Assembly: GCA_043818555.1 (NCBI GenBank)
Contig: JBDRFP010000002.1
Coordinates: 16,774-80,773, forward strand
DNA from: a bacterium
GTDB taxonomy: Bacteria > Patescibacteriota > Patescibacteriia > UBA9934
Direction: 5' to 3'
DNA: 64,000 nt
Shown: in pieces, positions 57,840-64,000 of the stretch
Layout of the letters: each line of letters opens with the position of its first letter
Numbering within the stretch: the first letter of the stretch is position 1
Notes under the pieces: model-generated
Database searches by the model: none
Seen by the model: only the letters and a program-made list of their open reading frames with translations
What the model was told of the DNA's origin: nothing
Translations under genes and position numbers: made by a program

Positions 57840-58406
57840 CTAACTTACCTCCTTGATCAACCGCTGCATCAACTCAAGTGGCATTCCGCTGGTCGAATCC
57901 TGCGGGCCGTCGATGTGATCGACAAAATTGCATAGCGGCTCGTCTTCCACGCGCATCGCGCCTGAGCAGTACATGATTTTCTCCATCGATATCGCCTGTT
58001 CGATCGCCTCGCTTGCGATTGGCTTAAAGTAAACTTTGACTATGTCGATTCCCTCAGCGCGATCATTTATCGCCGTATTGACGACCACAACACCGTTTAC
58101 AATCTCCATCGGGTGACTATGATACTTTGCAAGCCACTCGCGAGCTTCAGCAGCTGATTCTGGCTTTTCCCGAATCTCTCCGTTCCAGACTACGACCTGA
58201 TCGGAAGTAATTAATATCGCCGGCTCGTCGATTTTGTCGACTATGGCGTCTGCCTTCGCATGCGCTAACTTAATCACCAGTTTAGCCGGATCTGGATCTC
58301 GAATCGCTTTTTCGTCAATATCGGCTACTAAAACATCAAACTCAATCCCAGCATCGCGCAGGACTTGTTGACGTGATTTTGAGCTAGAGCCGAGGATTAG
58401 TTTCAT
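57840..58406 (-). CDS. maf: Maf family nucleoside triphosphate pyrophosphatase
   Basis: LILGSSS..R, LA.AKA, SDQVV, EKP, GMPL. Confidence 0.93.
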   Translation of the reverse strand: MKLILGSSSKSRQQVLRDAGIEFDVLVADIDEKAIRDPDPAKLVIKLAHAKADAIVDKIDEPAILITSDQVVVWNGEIREKPESAAEAREWLAKYHSHPMEIVNGVVVVNTAINDRAEGIDIVKVYFKPIASEAIEQAISMEKIMYCSGAMRVEDEPLCNFVDHIDGPQDSTSGMPLELMQRLIKEVS

Positions 58407-58875
58407 ACCAACTGGTTAATATATGGTCGCGGACGAGGTCGAAATGCGGGTGAAGACAAGAATGAGGCGGGTCGGGAAATTCTTCCGGATGAAACCAACC
58501 GAGCTCATCTATTTTATCAGGTTCGCCAATCTTTACTTCGTCAGAATTTAAATGCACGGCGTGTAGCAGAGCAATCCAGTGAGTGGGCACTCCTTCATTA
58601 TCGCGCATCACATTAGTCGCCTGAACGAATTTCACATCCAAGGGATCGGCACAATACTCTTCCATGACTTCACGACGAACAGCATCTTCGATCTTCTCCC
58701 CGTGCTCCATTGATCCACCACCGCAGTCCCATCGCCCACGCTCGTCGCGGCAAGTCTGTGATCGTCGATGAAGCAATACTCGCCCAGCACCGTCGTGGCA
58801 AAAGAAAACAACGCAGACTCCAATGTAGTCTACGCCGCGTTTTGCATCTATTTGACGATACTCTTCACCGATCAT
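58384..58875 (-). CDS. NUDIX hydrolase
   Basis: GG.MEHGE....AVRREVMEE Nudix box; start uncertain (58875 or 58890). Confidence 0.9.
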   Translation of the reverse strand: MIGEEYRQIDAKRGVDYIGVCVVFFCHDGAGRVLLHRRSQTCRDERGRWDCGGGSMEHGEKIEDAVRREVMEEYCADPLDVKFVQATNVMRDNEGVPTHWIALLHAVHLNSDEVKIGEPDKIDELGWFHPEEFPDPPHSCLHPHFDLVRDHILTSWYETNPRL

Positions 58876-58948
58876 AAATCTCTCTTCCACGAAAATACCG
58901 AGGGCTTATTTGTTAATTCAATTGAATTAGCAAATAAGTAATCTTGGG

Positions 58949-59470
58949 CTAAATCTTGCCAATTTTATGCAACGCCTCAAGCGCCTTCAAGGTTACGCGA
59001 CGCTTCCCGCGTTGGTAAATCCCTTCAGCCAAATTCAACGCTTCTTGATAGTTGAGCCATCTAAAATCATCAAATTCAGTATCGTCAACATTTAAATCAT
59101 CCGTTCCCGCATCGGCAACTGCAAAAAAATATAACTTCCCTTTCATAAAAACTTCCTTGCCGTCGTCGGTCTGTAAATCGCGCGTGCCCTGAGTCTTAAT
59201 TGGAAACTCAACAAGGTCTTTTTCAAATACACTAATGTCGCCCTCGGCCTTGTCGACAAATGTTTTTCCAAGCTCCTCGGCCATCTCGCGCCGAAAAGCG
59301 CTATCGAGCGTCTCCTGGTTATTAATCCCGCCTTGCGGGAACTGCCATAGCTCATGTTCGGCCTTGTAGACGAACAGGGCCTTCTTATCGTGCACAAAAC
59401 AACCAACTACCTGGGGCCTAAACCCAGCGCGACGAATTTCGTCGATTTTTTCAAGCGATGTGTTGATCAT
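58949..59470 (-). CDS. NUDIX hydrolase, RppH-like
   Basis: FRPQV, WQFPQGGI...ET...A..REMAEELG, EFDDFRW. Confidence 0.85.
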   Translation of the reverse strand: MINTSLEKIDEIRRAGFRPQVVGCFVHDKKALFVYKAEHELWQFPQGGINNQETLDSAFRREMAEELGKTFVDKAEGDISVFEKDLVEFPIKTQGTRDLQTDDGKEVFMKGKLYFFAVADAGTDDLNVDDTEFDDFRWLNYQEALNLAEGIYQRGKRRVTLKALEALHKIGKI

Positions 59471-59532
59471 ACACACTTATGCTAGCACGATCGTCTGCGT
59501 TGATCAAACACACTGCGCCAATTAAGCGGGCC

Positions 59533-59561
59533 TTGACAATAATCAAGAATTGAGATAACTT
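59533..59561 (+). promoter_or_regulatory. consensus sigma70 promoter
   Basis: TTGACA-17-TAACTT. Confidence 0.7.
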
Positions 59562-59567
59562 TATATT

Positions 59568-59829
59568 GATCCAGCGCCCCTTGTGGGAAGTGCGGAGGGC
59601 CGGATATCGAGCAAGATCTGACTTTGCCGCAAACTTACGCTCGAAAGAGTGTGCGGAGAACAGAGTCGCCAATCAAGATCGAGCTCCGGCGAAGCCCGAG
59701 TTTAACTGGGCGCTGCAATGTCGCCAATGGTGTCCGTTGTGTTCGGTGAGTATCGCGAACGGAACGACGGCATTGTAGTAATGGACTCACACTTGCCGTC
59801 CCTTGGGAAACCTCGGGGCGGCATTTTTA
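59568..59829 (+). ncRNA. candidate structured non-coding RNA, family not recognised
   Basis: own promoter and terminator; nested helices cagcgccc/gggcgctg, ccgga/tccgg, gatct/agatc, gactttg/cagagtc, ccgca/tgcgg, and a GAAA-capped hairpin. Confidence 0.6.
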
Positions 59830-59936
59830 TCGCATCGAAGCAAAGCCGAGGGACAATTTAACCTTCAAGGTTCAGAAACCTTGAAGGTTAAGATACATTC
59901 GCTACAGACAGCCTCGTAGAAATGCTGAGGTAATAT

Positions 59937-60284
59937 TTATTCCTTCTTAAACGCCACTCTAAACACCGGGTACCACTTGTTGTCATACTCATCGACAATC
60001 TCAACTATCTCCTTGTTTGTGTACATATTCAATGCAATATCTGAAAGTAGCTCCTGGTCGGTTTCAATGTCGATCTTCAAGTCCTCCAGTTCTCGGAACT
60101 CTCGCGAGTCTTCTTTGATTTCAGTTTCGATCGACTTCTTTTCATCGCGCAACACTTTAATTTCCTCAACCAACTCTTTATGTCGCGAGTTCTGAACAAG
60201 CTCATCCTTGTACATCTTGTTGATCTCACTTCGCTTCTTTTTATTTTCAGTTAACCTTTTGTAAACATCTTCGAGCTTGTGCAT
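59937..60284 (-). CDS. conserved-looking coiled-coil hypothetical protein
   Basis: charged heptads; C-terminal D.Y.N...P.F.V.FKK. Confidence 0.8.
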   Translation of the reverse strand: MHKLEDVYKRLTENKKKRSEINKMYKDELVQNSRHKELVEEIKVLRDEKKSIETEIKEDSREFRELEDLKIDIETDQELLSDIALNMYTNKEIVEIVDEYDNKWYPVFRVAFKKE

Positions 60285-60501
60285 AGTTGAAAAAAATTAC
60301 GGCTAAGAGCCGCATTATAACAGACTGGTTAATATTGTGAAATGATGATAAGCTAGCATGGCTCAAAGTGGCGCGTCGGGTTTTGGCCAATGGTTGGCCG
60401 ATCCCAACTTCGTGAGCTATACGACACCTCAGCGTTGATCGGAGTAGCTCTTCTGCGAGTATCCCTTTGCCGCTTGGACTAATAATCCAGGCGGCATATT
60501 T

Positions 60502-61041
60502 TTATTTCAGCTCGTACTCCCACCCCGGCTGCCAACTCCAAGGAGCCGGCACGATCTCATCGAGCGATTTTTCTAAAATCAAGCTCTCAAGTCCATATTG
60601 AGTCGCCCGGTGACCTATTACCATCACGCGCTTGTCGTCGTAGAACTTCCGCAGATCTTCTAAAAAACTTTCAATCCTGGTAGTAGTCTGCTCGTAGCTT
60701 TCACCTCCGGGGAAAGGCTCGGAAATCCGTTTCGATTTCTCGGCCTTTACAGTCTCCGCGTCGCCTTGAGTCATTTCGCCATAATCAGCCTCACGCAGGC
60801 GCCAGTCCATGAAAATCTTAATATCGTCTCGATCCCCGAATGCAATTCTCGCTGTTTCGTACGAACGTTGTAAATCTGAGCAAAAAATTGCATCAAAACT
60901 TTCCTCTTTGTTGCGCTCACCTAAGTTCTGTGCTTGCTGACGCCCAAGCTCGGACAGCCCAACATCGTACCAGCCCGATGCTTTCTCTGCTTCGTTATCA
61001 ATAGTTGTTGAATGAGATTCAAATTTGATACTTACTGACAT
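60502..61041 (-). CDS. histidine phosphatase (phosphoglycerate mutase superfamily)
   Basis: SH motif in place of RHG, LS..G..QA, SDLQR, LRE.DYG, GGES, IGH. Confidence 0.88.
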   Translation of the reverse strand: MSVSIKFESHSTTIDNEAEKASGWYDVGLSELGRQQAQNLGERNKEESFDAIFCSDLQRSYETARIAFGDRDDIKIFMDWRLREADYGEMTQGDAETVKAEKSKRISEPFPGGESYEQTTTRIESFLEDLRKFYDDKRVMVIGHRATQYGLESLILEKSLDEIVPAPWSWQPGWEYELK

Positions 61042-61132
61042 ATATTATTTACTTAGGGTATATTCCATAACGCTCAACGTTTAACCCCAGGGGTTAAGGC
61101 ATCGGGGACTAACAATCCAAGCGGTAATTTTT

Positions 61133-61429
61133 TTAGTCCAAAAACGGTTCTACGTACCATGGCGCAACTGTCGACGGCCAAAACTGTACATGCTTTTCGT
61201 AAACGCTTGGACCGCAACCTGAAAGCATCTGGCTATCGGAATCCTTAATCGGGTAACTAAGCGTCAATAAAATCGAGATTACCAACAGCGCGATAAACCG
61301 CTTCTTGCCTAGCTTCTTCCTAAGAATTACCGTCGCTAAAATAAGAAAAGGAAAAATTGCATGAAAAATCGTTGTGGTGACTACTTTGATCTGGTAAAAC
61401 GAATCGCAAGTTAGTGCTGTAGGATCCAT
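61133..61429 (-). CDS. small membrane protein
   Basis: 2 TM helices; 3 nt downstream of the rhodanese gene. Confidence 0.65.
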   Translation of the reverse strand: MDPTALTCDSFYQIKVVTTTIFHAIFPFLILATVILRKKLGKKRFIALLVISILLTLSYPIKDSDSQMLSGCGPSVYEKHVQFWPSTVAPWYVEPFLD

Positions 61430-61432
61430 ATA

Positions 61433-61948
61433 TTACAATTCAACCTCCAGCTCGGCGTCAACCCAAGCATCAAAACCACCATCTAGCAAATAGACTTCCT
61501 CCCAGCACCCACGGCCCTTGGTTCGCTCAATAGCCTTTCGAACTTCCTGATAGTCCTCACCATGACCAGAGTAGTAAAAGTAAGTCTGTCTTTCTGAGCA
61601 ATCTTTCTCTTCACATGCCAATCCACGGAAAAGGTGGCATGGGTCGTTGCCTCCCCAAATTGCTCCTGGTAGGCGTGACTGTTTGTACAAACTATAATCT
61701 CTAATATCCACAACAACAGAATTGCTTGTTGAGCTAAATTGAGCTTCGAATTCTTCCAACTCAACAATCGAAATATCTGGCGCAGGCACAAGGGTAATGT
61801 TGGTAAGCCTTAAAAATATAACTACAAGCACCAGTAGTAGGCCTGCAAGAATTAATACTCTAGGAGTGATTTTTAGACGCTCTTTCCGGGTTTTAGCAGA
61901 TGATCCCTCACTCTGATCTTTGCCATTTTGTAATTCAACTCTTTCCAT
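61433..61948 (-). CDS. membrane-anchored rhodanese-like domain protein
   Basis: VVDIR...Y...LPGA and L.GGF.AW; the usual active-site Cys position reads YYS. Confidence 0.8.
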   Translation of the reverse strand: MERVELQNGKDQSEGSSAKTRKERLKITPRVLILAGLLLVLVVIFLRLTNITLVPAPDISIVELEEFEAQFSSTSNSVVVDIRDYSLYKQSRLPGAIWGGNDPCHLFRGLACEEKDCSERQTYFYYSGHGEDYQEVRKAIERTKGRGCWEEVYLLDGGFDAWVDAELEVEL

Positions 61949-61972
61949 ATTGCTTTATTGTAACATATCTGA

Positions 61973-62518
61973 CTAATGCCCTCTCTCCTCCCTACGCTTT
62001 TTATACATCCGCTCGGTGAAGCCGCCTTGTTGTAGAAATTCATTTCCCAAGGCCACTAATTGTTTGTCCAACAGGTAACATGCTTGGTGAATAAGGCAAA
62101 TTGCTGTGTTTGCCGCAGCACTCCGGTCAGCAATATAGGTCTCATAAGTCTTATAGGACCTATTTTCGCTATATGCAAGCGCGCGAACTGCCTCCGCTGT
62201 CGGGTGATCTTTTGGCCACTGCTCAAGATCCCTTTGCCGTAAAAAATCCTCATAATCACACAAAAGCTCTTCTAGGCTCGCACGGGCGACATTCACCAAC
62301 TTAATCTCAGACTTCTTGGATACTCCGGAAGCCTGGCATCCCTCAGCAATATTTTGCCTGCCCGATCTTGCTGCGTGAACCATCTGATCGCGCAAACGAT
62401 AATCGTTAATGAAGCTTTTACAAAAATGAAACGTGAAATCGTAGATTATGGTAGCGGCCTGGTAGGATTTTAATTTTCTGTATCCGCCATGCGGTGTAAT
62501 TAGGTTCGCTCCGCTCAT
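61973..62518 (-). CDS. four-helix-bundle protein with suffix domain (23S-IVS/bAvd-like family)
   Basis: GGYRKL.SYQ, DQMV.AARSG.QNIAEG, ARASLEELL.DY.DFL, F...GGF.E. Confidence 0.92.
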   Translation of the reverse strand: MSGANLITPHGGYRKLKSYQAATIIYDFTFHFCKSFINDYRLRDQMVHAARSGRQNIAEGCQASGVSKKSEIKLVNVARASLEELLCDYEDFLRQRDLEQWPKDHPTAEAVRALAYSENRSYKTYETYIADRSAAANTAICLIHQACYLLDKQLVALGNEFLQQGGFTERMYKKRREERGH

Positions 62519-62541
62519 AAGTCTTATTGGTCCGATAGGAC

Positions 62542-62949
62542 TTATTTTTTCATTTTGAATAACTTCTCCGCAGACTCGTGGTACAAATCCCAAACTTTAT
62601 ACTTTTCAAAATCTGACAGGTTCATCCATTTATATTCTGTCACTTCTTTCTTGTCTAAAACCGGAACCTGATCGTCATCGACTAAAGATGCTTCAAAAAT
62701 CACCACAAAATGATGCTGTCCTGACGCGCTGGTGAATGGGAAACAGTCGAGCACGTCGCCTGCAGTAACATCCAAACCGACCTCCTCTTTCATTTCCCGT
62801 GCTAAGGCATCCCTTGGAGATTCATTTCCGTGCATTCTCCCACCGGGGAAAGTCCACCTTCCGTCGCTTTCCTTAACCATAAGCACTTCTTCGCCTTTAC
62901 GAATCCAGGCTTTCACTGGAATGTCTGCAATAAAATGTTCGTTTGACAT
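62542..62949 (-). CDS. NUDIX hydrolase
   Basis: WTFPGG....ES..DAL.REMKEEVG. Confidence 0.9.
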   Translation of the reverse strand: MSNEHFIADIPVKAWIRKGEEVLMVKESDGRWTFPGGRMHGNESPRDALAREMKEEVGLDVTAGDVLDCFPFTSASGQHHFVVIFEASLVDDDQVPVLDKKEVTEYKWMNLSDFEKYKVWDLYHESAEKLFKMKK

Positions 62950-62950
62950 A

Positions 62951-63259
62951 TTACCAAAGTTCCTTCATTGATTTTAGTTTTTTGGTTTTCCCAGACTGAT
63001 ACTCTTCCCTGCCTATTTCGAACTCATCTGTCTCCTCTGCAATAACTGGCTTTTCTCGCATCCAAGTAAACCTCGGCACTCCCTGGCCGTCGATGACGAC
63101 ATTCTCCATGAACATCCCCAAAGGCCGAGCCCAAATCTGGCCGTCGCCATACAGGGCCTTGTAGATTACGAACTCTTCCTGCGTCTCGCTATGCTTGGCG
63201 ATCCCCATGAACTCGTACTCGTTGCCCTTGTAATGCTTATAAATTCCCGGTTTGAGCAT
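62951..63259 (-). CDS. DUF1653 domain protein
   Basis: [29 protein letters not shown]. Confidence 0.9.
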   Translation of the reverse strand: MLKPGIYKHYKGNEYEFMGIAKHSETQEEFVIYKALYGDGQIWARPLGMFMENVVIDGQGVPRFTWMREKPVIAEETDEFEIGREEYQSGKTKKLKSMKELW

Positions 63260-63265
63260 ATTTAA

Positions 63266-63634
63266 TTATCTTTTCACCCAAGCTCGAGGTAATAACTCTG
63301 ATGCCTTCACAGACTCAGTTTCCGATAATATCACCTGTGCATCGGGGCAGTAAGTTAAAAACAGTTCACGACACAAGGCGCACGGAGGATAGATCTCATA
63401 ATTCCCCTCCTGATCGCGGTGAACAGCCACGACCATTTCGATTTCGCCATCGCCTTGTGAAAAAGCCTGGCTGACTAGCCCCCATTCGCTACAAAGATCA
63501 AGCTTTTGTGAATTCAAACAAACGCCGGTGTACACATTCCCGGATTTTGCACGCAAAGTCGCGCCAACAGTATGCCTACGCTTATCGTAACGCTTTTCAA
63601 TTATGTCTTTTGCTGCCTGAATCAGTTGTTGCAT
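63266..63634 (-). CDS. cytidine deaminase family protein
   Basis: VGA.L...G..YTG, CSE, PPCALCRE, ELLP. Confidence 0.9.
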   Translation of the reverse strand: MQQLIQAAKDIIEKRYDKRRHTVGATLRAKSGNVYTGVCLNSQKLDLCSEWGLVSQAFSQGDGEIEMVVAVHRDQEGNYEIYPPCALCRELFLTYCPDAQVILSETESVKASELLPRAWVKR

Positions 63635-63635
63635 A

Positions 63636-64000
63636 TTATTTTCCGTGGCATTTTTTGTATTTCTTCCCACTTCCACACGGACATGGATCATTTCGACCTG
63701 CCTTGGAGACGTCGGACTTTACCGATGCTGGCTGATCCTCGCTCGGCGTTGTTCCGCTTGCGACAGCTGCGGCAGCCGCTCGAGCCTGAGGTCCCATCGT
63801 CTTCTGAGCTCCTGCAAACTGCAAACGAGCCCGCTCGATTATTGACGGCGCCAGCTTAATCACCTTTTGCGCTGCCAAAGCCTGATCGTAAATCTTCATT
63901 ATGTTGTACACCACTTCACGGTCGATATTTTCAAGCAATGCGTTGTAAAGCCCATACGACTCACGCTTGTACTCCACCAACGGATCGCGCTGCCCGTACC
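63636..64000 (-). CDS. secA: preprotein translocase SecA, 3' end (partial)
   Basis: [13 protein letters not shown] and SEC-C motif [19 protein letters not shown]. Confidence 0.96.
   Translation of the reverse strand, partial: YGQRDPLVEYKRESYGLYNALLENIDREVVYNIMKIYDQALAAQKVIKLAPSIIERARLQFAGAQKTMGPQARAAAAAVASGTTPSEDQPASVKSDVSKAGRNDPCPCGSGKKYKKCHGK

Noticed and set aside
59566-59778. 70-aa ORF from the track
   Set aside because: TTG start at the predicted TSS, no SD, implausible composition, and the region is better explained by RNA structure.
61973-62518. Diversity-generating retroelement (Avd-like gene)
   Set aside because: No reverse transcriptase and no TR/VR pair with adenine-specific mismatches visible in the window.

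Overview
Chromosomal window from a small-genome bacterium. The gene set (stand-alone PilM/pilin/PilD, two TraD/VirD4-like P-loop ATPases, ECF sigma with a helical anti-sigma, little metabolism) points to Patescibacteria (CPR, possibly Parcubacteria/ABY1); this is inference. Most genes are on the minus strand. Core genes: lgt, gatA, gatC, ligA, pilD, pilM, rnhA, recJ, lepA, mnmA, dnaX, cysS, hrcA-grpE-dnaK-rdgB-dnaJ with a CIRCE variant, uppP, a secDF fusion carrying parvulin domains, maf, the secA 3' end, tRNA-Gln(CTG) and tRNA-Glu(CTC). I found no prophage, integrase, CRISPR or rRNA. Four larger patterns stand out. (1) Two expression grammars coexist: core genes look leaderless (extended -10 box 5-9 nt before ATG, no SD), while about 15 dispersed orphan genes sit in cassettes with consensus -35/-10 promoters, strong SD and usually their own terminator. 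Several orphans encode degenerate central-dogma domains (alphaCTD, cold-shock, J-domain, two HD enzymes). (2) Many families of short tandem or palindromic repeats occupy gene junctions and invade coding sequences in frame; some sit next to four-helix-bundle, DUF559 or GIY-YIG genes. (3) A paralogous pair of possible CDPS/class I aaRS-fold enzymes has both ribosome-binding sites locked in hairpins. (4) An orphan structured RNA of about 260 nt has a consensus promoter and terminator. Starts were trimmed by eye where the ORF track overextends, and repeat coordinates are approximate by a few nt.
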